A DNA stretch of 64,000 nucleotides from an uncultured bacterium (lineage in GTDB: Bacteria > Acidobacteriota > Thermoanaerobaculia > Multivoradales > J023): contig CALFAM010000058.1 in the NCBI GenBank assembly GCA_937948815.1, positions 2,174 to 66,173 on the forward strand, given 5' to 3'. This document shows positions 1 to 8,920 of this stretch, in pieces. Both the position numbers and the translations under genes were made by a program. The notes beneath the pieces are model-generated. The model did not search any database, was not told where the DNA came from, and saw only the letters and a program-made list of their open reading frames with translations. Each line of letters starts with the position of its first letter. Position 1 is the stretch's first letter.

Positions 1-945
1 ATTCCTGAGCTCGGGCCGACGTCTCGTGGCAAGGCCATCGTCAATCTCCTCGAGCTCGATCGCGAGGAACATGTCGCGACCACGGTTGCCGTGCGGGACT
101 TTGGTGAGGGCTTTCTCTTCTTTTCGACCCATCAAGGTACGGTCAAGAAGACACCTCTCGAGGCCTTCTCTAGGCCGCGGGTCGGCGGCATCATCGCCGT
201 CGGTGTCGAGGAAGGCGACCGGCTGCTCGACGTGCGTGCAACCGATGGGCAGAACGATGTCTTGTTGGCGACCGCACTGGGTTACGCCATCCGCTTCCCC
301 GAGGCCGACGAGGACCTTGCCGACGGCAGTGGCAGCTTGACTGGCGTCCGTTCGATGGGACGCACCGCGCGCGGTGTTCGCGGCATCAAGCTGCGTCCGG
401 GAGATCGTGTCGTCTCACTCACGGTCCTCGAGGAAGAGGGAGATCTGTTGACCATCGCGAGCCGCGGCTACGGCAAGCGGACGGCACTCTCTGAGTACCG
501 GCGGCAGAGTCGCGGCGGTCTGGGTATTCTCAATCTCAAGGGCCTCGATCGGACCGGCGAGGTCGTTGGCGTCAAGCAAGTGCAAGACGGCGATGGCGTC
601 ATGCTGATCACTCAAGATGGGCAGCTCATTCGCATTCCGATCAACGAACAGCTTCGAACGATCGGCCGCGCGACCCAGGGCGTGAGGGTGATGAATCTCG
701 ACAGCGATGACCAGCTGGTTGCCGTCGCCAAGGTCGTCGAGTCGGAGGAAGAGGAAGAAGACGAGCTCGCTGCTGACGACGCCGCAACCGGAGACGCCGA
801 GGCTGGTGACTCCGAAGCCACAGCGTCCGATGCCGCCAAAGACGAGGATCGAGACGACGCGACCCGCGCGACTGATCCCTCCGAAGAAGATGCTCCCGCC
901 GATGAAGAATCAACAGAGGAGGCCGGTGAACCGCCGGTGAACTAG
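1..945 (+). CDS. gyrA: DNA gyrase subunit A, C-terminal domain (5' end lies upstream of the window)
   Basis: Frame 1 is open from base 1 ([17 protein letters not shown]...). It shows repeated GyrA C-terminal beta-pinwheel blade motifs ([29 protein letters not shown]) followed by a D/E-rich tail of about 68 aa. Stop TAG at 943-945. Confidence 0.9.
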   Translation: MPELGPTSRGKAIVNLLELDREEHVATTVAVRDFGEGFLFFSTHQGTVKKTPLEAFSRPRVGGIIAVGVEEGDRLLDVRATDGQNDVLLATALGYAIRFPEADEDLADGSGSLTGVRSMGRTARGVRGIKLRPGDRVVSLTVLEEEGDLLTIASRGYGKRTALSEYRRQSRGGLGILNLKGLDRTGEVVGVKQVQDGDGVMLITQDGQLIRIPINEQLRTIGRATQGVRVMNLDSDDQLVAVAKVVESEEEEEDELAADDAATGDAEAGDSEATASDAAKDEDRDDATRATDPSEEDAPADEESTEEAGEPPVN

Positions 946-947
946 TC

Positions 948-1604
948 ATGCTGCTATTTCTCGACACTGCGGATCTCGAAGAGATCGAAAACGGTCTCGA
1001 CTGGGGCATGGTCGATGGCGTGACGACCAATCCGAGTTTGATCGCCAAGCAGGGGAAGTCCTACTTGCCCACAGTGAAGGCCATTGCGGAGATGGTTCCT
1101 GGACCGGTCAGTGGCGAAGTGCTCGCAACAGACCGGGAAGGCATGATCGACCAGGGTCGTCGACTCGCTGACCTGGCCGAGAACGTTGTCGTCAAGGTGC
1201 CGCTAACGCCCGAAGGGTTGGTTGCGGTACGGACACTGACGGAAGAAGAGATCGAAACCAACGTCACTCTCTGCTTCTCGCCCGCACAGGCCATGCTGGC
1301 TGCCAAGGCTGGGGCGACCTACATCTCACCATTCGTCGGACGTCTCGACGACATCAGTGAAGACGGCATGGGCCTGATCGAAGACATTGTCTCGATGACT
1401 GACAACTACGGGTTCGACACCCAGGTTCTGGTCGCCTCGGTCCGGCATCCCCAGCACATCGTCCAATCCGTGCAGCTTGGTGCCCATGTCGCCACCCTCC
1501 CGTTCAAGATCCTGGCCCAACTCTACGAGCACCCGCTGACGACGAGCGGTCTCGATCGATTCCTTGCCGACTGGCAGGCGACGGGCCGTAGCTTCGATGA
1601 CTAG
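948..1604 (+). CDS. tal: Transaldolase / fructose-6-phosphate aldolase family (short type 3B)
   Basis: 218 aa. N-terminus [14 protein letters not shown]...[11 protein letters not shown] and [16 protein letters not shown] motifs are typical of short transaldolases. Starts 2 nt after the gyrA stop. Confidence 0.9.
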   Translation: MLLFLDTADLEEIENGLDWGMVDGVTTNPSLIAKQGKSYLPTVKAIAEMVPGPVSGEVLATDREGMIDQGRRLADLAENVVVKVPLTPEGLVAVRTLTEEEIETNVTLCFSPAQAMLAAKAGATYISPFVGRLDDISEDGMGLIEDIVSMTDNYGFDTQVLVASVRHPQHIVQSVQLGAHVATLPFKILAQLYEHPLTTSGLDRFLADWQATGRSFDD

Positions 1605-1779
1605 CGAGCGGGCCATGCGCTGAGCGTGCCCGGGTCGACAGTCGCTCTTGACGCTTCGGTTCGGCCTGACAGGATCATCGACCTGAGCTCGCGACAGGTC
1701 TGGCGATCCCGAGCAGCCACCAAGGCTCCGCAGGTTCGCCGGCCCGTCCCGACCGAGCCGACCCACGAGGGAGATTTTC

Positions 1780-2379
1780 TTGCCTGAGTCTTTGCAGGAA
1801 GAAAGTACGCCAGAACCAATCGAGCCGGGACGCTTCTATCGGGCCTCTGCGGTCTTCTACTTCCTCTTGGCTGTCGCGGCGGTGATCTGGATCGGCCTCG
1901 AGCGTGGTTCGGTTCCGATCGATCTCTTCTTCGTTCCAGCGACGCTCTTCGGCGATATCGCCTGGGGCCTCGGCGCTGGTGGGCTCATCCTGGTCCTCAC
2001 GGACCTCGGCCGTCGATGGTTCTCGCCCTTCGCGAAGCTCGAAGAGCGCCTCCGTCAGATGCTGGTAGGCGTGTCGGAAAGCGAAGCAGTGGCCATCGCG
2101 CTGGTATCTGGGTTCGCCGAAGAGCTCTTCTTCCGCGGCGCGGTGCAGGGAAGCTGGGGCTGGGTGTGGGCGACCCTTCTCTTCGCTTTGATGCACACGG
2201 GTCCTGACCGGCTGGTTGGATCATGGACGGTATTTGCCCTCCTCGCGGGCGCCCTCTTTGCCGGTCTAACCTTGATGAGAGAGACGATTCTATCGGCAGT
2301 TATTGCGCATTCCTTCGTCAATGCCGTCAATCTTCGCCGATTGGCAAGCCCGCCAGAGACCCGTCATACCGATCAATAA
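1780..2379 (+). CDS. CPBP-family intramembrane glutamic endopeptidase (CAAX protease-like)
   Basis: Multi-TM protein with the three CPBP motifs: EELFFRG, FALMH and HSFVN. Confidence 0.8.
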   Translation: MPESLQEESTPEPIEPGRFYRASAVFYFLLAVAAVIWIGLERGSVPIDLFFVPATLFGDIAWGLGAGGLILVLTDLGRRWFSPFAKLEERLRQMLVGVSESEAVAIALVSGFAEELFFRGAVQGSWGWVWATLLFALMHTGPDRLVGSWTVFALLAGALFAGLTLMRETILSAVIAHSFVNAVNLRRLASPPETRHTDQ

Positions 2380-2471
2380 AGCATAACCTGGTAGAGTCAT
2401 AAGCTGGTTCGTACGATCACGTGCGGAGTCAGAATTCGCAAACATCCAGGCCAAAGATGGGAGAACCACGG

Positions 2472-3860
2472 ATGCCGACCACGTCCAGTCGGGATGTCCT
2501 CGACCGCGTCGACCGCGAGCAAACGAACTATCTCGAAGAGCTCAAGGACTATCTCCGAATTCCTTCGGTCTCGACCGATCCCGCATACCGCGATGATGTC
2601 TTGCGGTGCGCGAGCTTTCTCGAAGAGAAAATGCGTGCCGCGGGCCTCCAGACAGAGCAGATCTCAGATGGCAAGGGCTATCCGTTGGTCTATGGGGAGT
2701 GGTTGGGCGCACCCGGAAAGCCGACAGTACTTTTCTACGGGCACTATGATGTGCAGCCCGTCGATCCGATCGAGCTGTGGCGAAACGATCCTTTCGAACC
2801 CACGGTCGAAGGCGATCTGTTGGTGGCACGCGGCGCGACGGACGACAAGGGTCAGAGCTTCGCGCACCTCAAGGCGGTTGCCAGCATTCTGGCTGAGCGC
2901 GGCTCCCTGCCTGTCAATGTCAAGTTCATCGTCGAAGGCGAAGAGGAGTCGGGCGGCGAAGCCATCGAGCGCTTCGTGCGCAAAGACGCTGGCAAAAAGC
3001 TGGCGGCCGATTGTGTCGTGGTCTCGGACTCTGCGATGTACGGTCCCGGACAGCCCTCCTTGCTCTATGGCCTCAAGGGAATGGCCTACGTCGAGCTCAA
3101 GGTTACCGGGCCGAATCGTGATCTGCACTCGGGAAGCTTTGGCGGCGCCGTGACCAACCCTCTCAATGCCCTCGGGCGGATCGTCGATCGGCTGCGGGAT
3201 GCGGATACCGGAAGAATCTCCATCCCGGGTTTCTACGACGATGTTCGACCGCTCGAAGATTGGGAGCGTAAGGAATTCGCCAGCCTTCCCTTCGACGCCG
3301 AGGCGTACAAGGCCGAAATCGGTGTGCCAGAAGTTTTCGGTGAAGAGGGCTACACCACCCTCGAGCGCGTGTGGGCGCGTCCGACATGCGACCTCAACGG
3401 GATTTTCGGTGGGTACATGGGCGAGGGTGCCAAGACCATCCTCCCTTCATGGGCCGGTGCCAAGGTGTCGATGCGGCTGGTTCCCGATCAAGATCCCGAT
3501 CGCATCACCGAGCTGTTCACCGCGTACGTCGAGGAGATCAAACCTCCGGGCGTGACCGTCGAAGTCAAGACCCACCATGGCGCCAAGCCGGTTCTGGTCG
3601 AAACGGACGGACCGCTCGTGGCTGCCGCTTGTGCAGCGATGGCGGACGTGTGGAAGCCGCCTGTTCGCGTTCGCGAAGGCGGGTCGATTCCGATCGTCGG
3701 GACGTTTTCCGAGGTCCTCGAAGTACCGATTCTCCTGCTGGGGTTCGGCCTCTCGGACGATCGTCTTCATTCTCCCAACGAGAAATTTAACATCAGTAAC
3801 TTCTATGGCGGGATCCGGGCCATGGTTCGCATGCTTGATCGCATGGCCGAAGCTGGCTAA
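2472..3860 (+). CDS. M20-family dipeptidase / metallopeptidase (ArgE/DapE/CPG2 superfamily)
   Basis: Motifs YGHYDVQPVDP, WRNDPFEP, GRGATDDKGQ and EGEEESGG. The start is uncertain: GTG 2421, ATG 2457 or ATG 2472. ATG 2472 has GGGAGA about 7 nt upstream. Confidence 0.85.
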   Translation: MPTTSSRDVLDRVDREQTNYLEELKDYLRIPSVSTDPAYRDDVLRCASFLEEKMRAAGLQTEQISDGKGYPLVYGEWLGAPGKPTVLFYGHYDVQPVDPIELWRNDPFEPTVEGDLLVARGATDDKGQSFAHLKAVASILAERGSLPVNVKFIVEGEEESGGEAIERFVRKDAGKKLAADCVVVSDSAMYGPGQPSLLYGLKGMAYVELKVTGPNRDLHSGSFGGAVTNPLNALGRIVDRLRDADTGRISIPGFYDDVRPLEDWERKEFASLPFDAEAYKAEIGVPEVFGEEGYTTLERVWARPTCDLNGIFGGYMGEGAKTILPSWAGAKVSMRLVPDQDPDRITELFTAYVEEIKPPGVTVEVKTHHGAKPVLVETDGPLVAAACAAMADVWKPPVRVREGGSIPIVGTFSEVLEVPILLLGFGLSDDRLHSPNEKFNISNFYGGIRAMVRMLDRMAEAG

Positions 3861-3884
3861 GACCGTCATCACCGGAGAGGGAAT

Positions 3885-4442
3885 ATGGCCGAAGACCAGG
3901 GCTCGTCCGAGCGCGAGCTGAAGTTCGCCAATGTCGAGCACAGCGTGCTGCGTGAACGGCTCATTGATCTTTCTGCAGAGTGTGAAGGATCAGGTGCGCA
4001 TGAGGACAACTGGCTCTTCGATCGAGATGGTCAACTTTCAGAGGCCGGGCATGTCTTGCGTCTCCGGGTCGACCGAAGAGGGACCTCGCTGACCTATAAG
4101 GGGCCCGCGAAGTTCGACGGCAAGGTCAAGGTTCGAGAAGAGCACGAAACTTCGGCAGGCGATGCCAAGAAGATGCGGGCGATTCTCGAAGCACTGGGGT
4201 ACAAAGTTGTCGGGCGGTACCAGAAGATTCGCGAAGAGTGGCGACTCGGATCGATCGTGATTGCGCTCGATCACACGCCGATCGGCGACTTCGCCGAGTT
4301 CGAAGGGCCTGACTGCGAGCGCGTCGCGAAGCGCTGTGGCTTCGATCCCGAGACGGCCGAGCGGCGGAGTTATCTTCGTCTCTACGCTGACCATCGTCAG
4401 GAGAATCCAGACTCGCCACCCCACATGGCCTTCACCGACTAG
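3885..4442 (+). CDS. CYTH-domain protein (class IV adenylate cyclase / triphosphate tunnel metalloenzyme)
   Basis: ERELKF N-terminal EXEXK-like motif, LRLRVD...LTYKGP, and the 185-aa size are typical of CyaB/CYTH proteins. Confidence 0.75.
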   Translation: MAEDQGSSERELKFANVEHSVLRERLIDLSAECEGSGAHEDNWLFDRDGQLSEAGHVLRLRVDRRGTSLTYKGPAKFDGKVKVREEHETSAGDAKKMRAILEALGYKVVGRYQKIREEWRLGSIVIALDHTPIGDFAEFEGPDCERVAKRCGFDPETAERRSYLRLYADHRQENPDSPPHMAFTD

Positions 4443-4447
4443 CTGCC

Positions 4448-5482
4448 ATGTCAGACCGCTTGCGTGCGTTGGTCTTGTGTGCCGGCCTGGGTACGCGCCT
4501 TCGCCCTTTGACGCTTTCCGTGCCCAAGCCGCTGGTTCCAGTCTGCGGTCGTCCGGTAGCCGCCCGAACGCTCGACAGTTTGGTCGCCCATGGTTGTGAG
4601 CTGGCGGCGATCAATCTGCATCACCGCGGCGGCGCCGTTCGCGACCAATTCGGGGTCGTCTACGGTCCGCTACCCTTGGTCTACTCGGAAGAACGAGAGA
4701 TTCTCGGCACCCTGGGTGCGCTCGGTCCGCTGCGCGACACCTTGCGTGATGCGACCGAAATCATCCTCGTCAATGGCGATGCGCTGTGCGACTGGCCCTG
4801 GTCCAAGCTACTCGCCACCCACCGCAAACACGGCGCTGCAGCGACCTTGCTCCTTCACAAGACCGCCTCACCGACCGCGTATGGCGGTGGTGTCGGCGTG
4901 GACTCGCGCGGCTGCGTGGTGCAGATGCGCGACAGCGAGCCCATTGGCGAAGTCGCCCGTCGATTCGTCTTCACCGGCGCACACATTCTCGATCCTGCCC
5001 TGCTCGATGAGCTTCCGACGGGGCCAGCAGACATCGTAGCGGACCTCTATTTGCCGCTGCTGGCAGCCGGGCGAGCGATTCACACTGTGACGATCAACCG
5101 GCCGTGGCACGACTTGGGCACGCCAGCTCGCTACCGTGATGCCGCGCTCGACTGGGGGCGCGGAAACGTCCCACGCCGTCTCTGGCGTGGTGCCTGGCGC
5201 GGCGAGGGTGTCGAGGTCGCCGAGGATGCTCTGGTTCACCGCGTGGTGCTGGAGGAGGGTGCACGGGTCGAATCGGGTGCGGAAGTGACCGATTCCCTCC
5301 TGCTACCAGGCGCCGTGGTTGGCCGTGGTAGCCGCGTCCGGGGCAGCCTGGTCGGGCCGCGCGTCGTCTTGCCGGCGGATTCGCGGATCGAGGACCGCCT
5401 GGTTCACAACGTGATTGCCGGCTACAAGCCGCCGCCTGGAGCGTCGGTTCTCGGCAATCGCGTCTATGCGCCCATTGTCTGA
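4448..5482 (+). CDS. NDP-sugar pyrophosphorylase (sugar-1-phosphate nucleotidylyltransferase) with C-terminal left-handed beta-helix
   Basis: N-terminal LVLCAGLGTRLRPLT...PKPLVPV nucleotidyltransferase signature. The C-terminal third has hexapeptide-like repeats (VHRVVLEEGARVESGAEVTDSLLLPGAVVGRGSRVRGSLVGPRVVL). Confidence 0.8.
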   Translation: MSDRLRALVLCAGLGTRLRPLTLSVPKPLVPVCGRPVAARTLDSLVAHGCELAAINLHHRGGAVRDQFGVVYGPLPLVYSEEREILGTLGALGPLRDTLRDATEIILVNGDALCDWPWSKLLATHRKHGAAATLLLHKTASPTAYGGGVGVDSRGCVVQMRDSEPIGEVARRFVFTGAHILDPALLDELPTGPADIVADLYLPLLAAGRAIHTVTINRPWHDLGTPARYRDAALDWGRGNVPRRLWRGAWRGEGVEVAEDALVHRVVLEEGARVESGAEVTDSLLLPGAVVGRGSRVRGSLVGPRVVLPADSRIEDRLVHNVIAGYKPPPGASVLGNRVYAPIV

Positions 5483-5510
5483 TCCAGAGCCATGGGTGCG
5501 CGTCGAGCGC

Positions 5511-6203
5511 TCACGCATGGTCTTCTGAAGGTCGTCGCAATCCGAGCTGCTGCCGTGCCAGTTGCCTGACCTCTCCCGTCAGCCAGGACTCGATCGTCGC
5601 CCAGCGCAGCGGAATCTCCAGCTTTGGCATGGGCTCGCTGGCGAGAATCTCATAGTCCGAGAGGCCCTTGAGTGCCTGAAGCGGAAAATCGCGTACCTTG
5701 GGAAACTTCTCGTGCGAGACCTCGAGGACGGATTCCAAGGGCTGTCCTTGGCAGAGTAAGAAGAGGTCGACGAAATCTCGCCGCGCTCCCCGACTGATGA
5801 TGGCACCGAGTTTCATCAGCGCCAGATCGATCGCAGATGCGATCGCCATACCGTCGACCTCGACCGCCGGTTCGACCAGCGAATAGGGGTAATAGTAGAG
5901 CCGAACCGGCGTTCCGTCCGCGAACCCCTGCTCGTCCGTGAACCGCAGGTCGAGGAATCCGTCGCGCGCGGTCTCGACCTCGGCCTTCATCCCAGCGTCC
6001 GCAAGCGCGCCCATCAGATCGCGACGCTCGGGGCTGACCAGCCGCACGCTGCGACTCATGAGATCGAGACCATACGGCTTGCGATGCGCGAGATGCATGG
6101 CAAGCGCCGCACTTCCCGCAAGATAGAAGTCGTGAGACCACGACTGCAGGGCGAGCTGGCGCAGGAGGCCTAGCATCGCGCTCGGGAGAAGCTGAGCCTC
6201 CAT
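5511..6203 (-). CDS. AbiEii/AbiGii-like nucleotidyltransferase family protein
   Basis: FYLAGSAALAMHLAHRKPYGLDLM (Pol-beta NTase-like G-S...D block) and RRDFVDLFLL resemble the AbiEii (DUF1814) family. I placed the start at the internal ATG 6203, which overlaps the upstream stop (TGATG). The ORF-track start 6356 would overlap the upstream gene by about 150 nt. Confidence 0.6.
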   Translation of the reverse strand: MEAQLLPSAMLGLLRQLALQSWSHDFYLAGSAALAMHLAHRKPYGLDLMSRSVRLVSPERRDLMGALADAGMKAEVETARDGFLDLRFTDEQGFADGTPVRLYYYPYSLVEPAVEVDGMAIASAIDLALMKLGAIISRGARRDFVDLFLLCQGQPLESVLEVSHEKFPKVRDFPLQALKGLSDYEILASEPMPKLEIPLRWATIESWLTGEVRQLARQQLGLRRPSEDHA

Positions 6204-6508
6204 CAGGCGAGCGGCCACGGCGCTTGCGGTGGAGGATCGATTGGTGTTTCTAGAAGCCACGACCAGAACGCGCGGTTTCGGGCGTCGAGGCGCCTCGGTC
6301 CCAGTTCTCTCGCGATCTGAACGATCTCCGGCTCTTCGATCTGACCGAACAGCCAACGAAGATCTTCGCTGTCACCCCGGCACAAGATCTGACAGATCAT
6401 GAACGGCCGGGCTTCAGACCGAAGCCAGACTGAAGATTCGTGCTCGGAGAACAGTCGGGACGTGGCTGCCGGCAGGGCAGCCACGGGTTGGGATGATCGG
6501 CCCACCAT
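6203..6508 (-). CDS. Small helical protein of the type found fused or adjacent to AbiEii-like nucleotidyltransferases (DUF6922-like, from memory)
   Basis: 101 aa. LFSE...ICQILCRGDSEDLRWLF...RRLDARNRAFWSWLL matches the pattern I recall (LFWD..., RvLerGdledvrWL, r.Ls...rnFW). Its stop shares one base with the start of the downstream NTase gene. Confidence 0.5.
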   Translation of the reverse strand: MVGRSSQPVAALPAATSRLFSEHESSVWLRSEARPFMICQILCRGDSEDLRWLFGQIEEPEIVQIARELGPRRLDARNRAFWSWLLETPIDPPPQAPWPLA

Positions 6509-6517
6509 GGGGCTTTG

Positions 6518-7018
6518 CTACGACGTTTTGCGTTTGCGCGGCAAGGTGCGAATCACCGCGGTGTTCTCGGCGTCGTGCATCTCGGCTTGCAAGATGTGCT
6601 GGAACAAATCGAGGGTGTTCTTGAACTTGAGCTGCAGGTCTCTCCGCATCGCCCGAAGCTCGGAGATCTTGCCTTCGATCTTGTTCGCTTGCTCGATCGC
6701 CTGGGAAACGATGGTGTCGGCGGCAACCTCGCCTTCCTTGACCAGGATCTCCGCTTCCCGTCGTGCGTTGACCATGATGTCCTGAGAAAGCCTTTGGGCG
6801 TGAAGGAGTGACTCTTGGGTCGCTTCCTGCTTTCGCTCGGCTTCGGCGAGCCGCTTCTCCAGATCTCTGTTTCCCTGCTCCAGCCGAGCAAGATCGGCCA
6901 GTTGCGACGCCATCGTTTCAGCGACGAGCTCGAGAAACCGCTCCACCTCGAGTGGATCGACGCCCCGAAGGCGCGTCGGGAAGGTCATCTTCTGAATGTC
7001 GAGAGGCGTCAGGTTCAT
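6518..7018 (-). CDS. divIVA: DivIVA-domain cell-division protein
   Basis: MNLTPLDIQKMTFPTRLRGVDPLEVERFLELV is the canonical DivIVA N-terminus, followed by a coiled coil. I chose the internal ATG at 7018 over the ORF-track start at 7066. Confidence 0.85.
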   Translation of the reverse strand: MNLTPLDIQKMTFPTRLRGVDPLEVERFLELVAETMASQLADLARLEQGNRDLEKRLAEAERKQEATQESLLHAQRLSQDIMVNARREAEILVKEGEVAADTIVSQAIEQANKIEGKISELRAMRRDLQLKFKNTLDLFQHILQAEMHDAENTAVIRTLPRKRKTS

Positions 7019-7134
7019 GGTCGCCCACCCTTCTGATGCACTTGACGATAGAAGCCACATGGACATATGTGGATTCCTCGTAGCGGGCTGAAAATGCTAA
7101 CAGAATTGTGCAACTTTTCGCAGGCGAAGCCTAT

Positions 7135-7851
7135 TTAGACCGCGCGGGTGCCGAAAAGGCTGGTACCGACTCGTATATGTGTCGCGCCCTCTTCGATCGC
7201 GATCTCGAAGTCTTGACTCATGCCCATCGAAAGCGCACCGAACGGGCGGCCTCGCCAAGCTGGGTGTTCCTTGACCTCGTCTCGCAGCGCCCGCAGCGCG
7301 CGGAACCAGTGCCGTGTCCGCGCCGGATCTGCTTCGTTTGGTGGGATCGCCATCAATCCGATGATCCGCACGTGCGCGAGCCGGGCCCAGGGGGCAATCG
7401 TCTCGACGAAGCCTTGTTGAGAAAAGCCGTGCTTGGAGTCCTCGTTCCCGAGATTGACCTGTAGGAAGCCCGTCACGGATCGCCCGAGCTTCTCGGCCTC
7501 TCGTTCGATTCGGGCAACGATTTTGGCCCGATCCAGCGAGTGAATGGTCGAGAAGAGCCGAGCGGCAGCCGCGGTCTTGTTGGACTGGAGATGACCGATG
7601 AGCTGCCAGTCGATATCCGCAGGGAGCTCGGCACTCTTGGCCACCGCTTCCTGGACCTGGCTCTCGCCGAAGACCGTCAGTCCAGCTGCCGCAGCCGCCT
7701 CGATCCTTGCGACCGGCTGGCGTTTGCTGACGGCAATCAGGGTGACTTCGGAACGATCACGGCCGGCTCGCCGACATGCCCGCTGAATGCGAGATTCGAT
7801 GTCAGCAACCCTTTCCGCTGCCTTGCGAACATCTTCTCGATCTTCGACCAT
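7135..7851 (-). CDS. yggS: YggS-family pyridoxal-phosphate homeostasis protein
   Basis: VTLIAVSKRQP, IGHLQSNK and MGMSQDFEIAIEEGATHIRVGTSLFG motifs. 238 aa. Confidence 0.9.
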   Translation of the reverse strand: MVEDREDVRKAAERVADIESRIQRACRRAGRDRSEVTLIAVSKRQPVARIEAAAAAGLTVFGESQVQEAVAKSAELPADIDWQLIGHLQSNKTAAAARLFSTIHSLDRAKIVARIEREAEKLGRSVTGFLQVNLGNEDSKHGFSQQGFVETIAPWARLAHVRIIGLMAIPPNEADPARTRHWFRALRALRDEVKEHPAWRGRPFGALSMGMSQDFEIAIEEGATHIRVGTSLFGTRAV

Positions 7852-7901
7852 TTGGCAAACGTCCCGCCTCTCAGCTGCTCGACGGGAGCGAATCTCGTGG
7901 G

Positions 7902-8663
7902 CTAGGAGGGGGTGTTCGGATCCTCGGCATCATCGATGTAGAGAATCCGCTTACAGCTCTCGCACTGCACCAAGGTGCCTTGGTTGCGGATCTCGACGAC
8001 GACCTGGGGACGCACCTGGTAGTGACAGTCGGTGCAGTGCCAGGATGCATTGGAGTTCTTGCGCATGGTGGTGACCTTGGCCACCCGAGCCAGCGCCTGA
8101 GCGTCCGTCCGCTGCACGAGCCGGTCGAAGAGTGTCTGAATGTTCCGCGGAACCACTTCACGGAGCTTGCTCTCTCGCGTCGCGAGCGAAGAAACCTTCT
8201 TGGCGACGGCCGGCTTCTCGGCTTCCCACTTGGTGAGCTCGGTCTTGTAGCGCTCGTCCAAGTCGCGGAACTCTTCGCGCAGGCGGTCGCGCTCCTTTTC
8301 GGCAACTTCTAGCTTCTCGAGCGAATCCACTACGATCTGCTCACCGTCGCCGATCTCTTGCTTGACTGTGTCGATCTCTTTGAGCAGGGCGCCGTACTCG
8401 CGCTGGGTCGAGATCTTGCTCACCTGCGCCTGATAGTGCTCCAGCTTCTGCTGCGCATCGGCGATCGCGGCCTCGGACTCCCGACGGTTCTTGCCTGCTT
8501 GCTCCGCTGCCTCGTCGACAGCGTCGATCTCCGACTTTCTCTTCTGATGCTCCTCGTGAAGCTCCTGCATCCACTCGGGCACACCGTCCAGCTGGCGCTT
8601 GGCGGCAGAAAGATCGTTCAGGGTTCGTTGCAGGGCAACAATCGATTCCAGATGGCCTGGCAT
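7902..8663 (-). CDS. Coiled-coil protein with C-terminal C4 zinc ribbon (COG1579/DUF164-like)
   Basis: Long coiled coil followed by WHCTDCHYQV...VQCESCKRIL (CxxC...CxxC). Confidence 0.75.
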   Translation of the reverse strand: MPGHLESIVALQRTLNDLSAAKRQLDGVPEWMQELHEEHQKRKSEIDAVDEAAEQAGKNRRESEAAIADAQQKLEHYQAQVSKISTQREYGALLKEIDTVKQEIGDGEQIVVDSLEKLEVAEKERDRLREEFRDLDERYKTELTKWEAEKPAVAKKVSSLATRESKLREVVPRNIQTLFDRLVQRTDAQALARVAKVTTMRKNSNASWHCTDCHYQVRPQVVVEIRNQGTLVQCESCKRILYIDDAEDPNTPS

Positions 8664-8761
8664 TTTCGTGGCGACTCCCGTCTACCTAGAACTTCCGCAT
8701 TTCAGCGACGACGATCTCGCTCGACGACCATGTTCCCGCTTCTCACCACCATAGCGAGTAG

Positions 8762-8834
8762 TGGGCCCACCTGGATTTGAACCAGGGACCAACCGGTTAT
8801 GAGCCGGTTGCTCTAACCGCTGAGCTATGGACCC
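8762..8834 (-). tRNA. tRNA with anticodon CAT (elongator tRNA-Met, or tRNA-Ile2 if lysidine-modified)
   Basis: Cloverleaf read by eye on the minus strand. Acceptor GGGTCCA/TGGGCCC (one G-U pair). D arm GCTC-AGCGGTTA-GAGC. Anticodon arm ACCGG-CTCATAA-CCGGT. Variable loop TGGTC. T arm CCTGG-TTCAAAT-CCAGG. Discriminator A, and no encoded CCA. The G1:C72 pair argues against an initiator tRNA. Confidence 0.9.
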
Positions 8835-8920
8835 CAAAAGCCCATCAAAAGCGAACAGCGAGTATAGCAGCCGACTGGTGAATCCGGATACGTGATTCTA
8901 AGCCGTTCAGGGCATGGACC

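Noticed and set aside
739-942. The 68-aa D/E-rich C-terminal tail of GyrA.
   Set aside because: Acidic C-terminal tails are a known feature of some GyrA proteins (for example E. coli, where the tail modulates DNA wrapping). The tail is long here but not novel in kind.
8762-8834. The tRNA(CAT) gene considered as an integration hotspot for a genomic island.
   Set aside because: There is no integrase, no direct repeat of the tRNA 3' end, and no compositional break in the flanks. The neighbouring genes are housekeeping or conserved hypotheticals.
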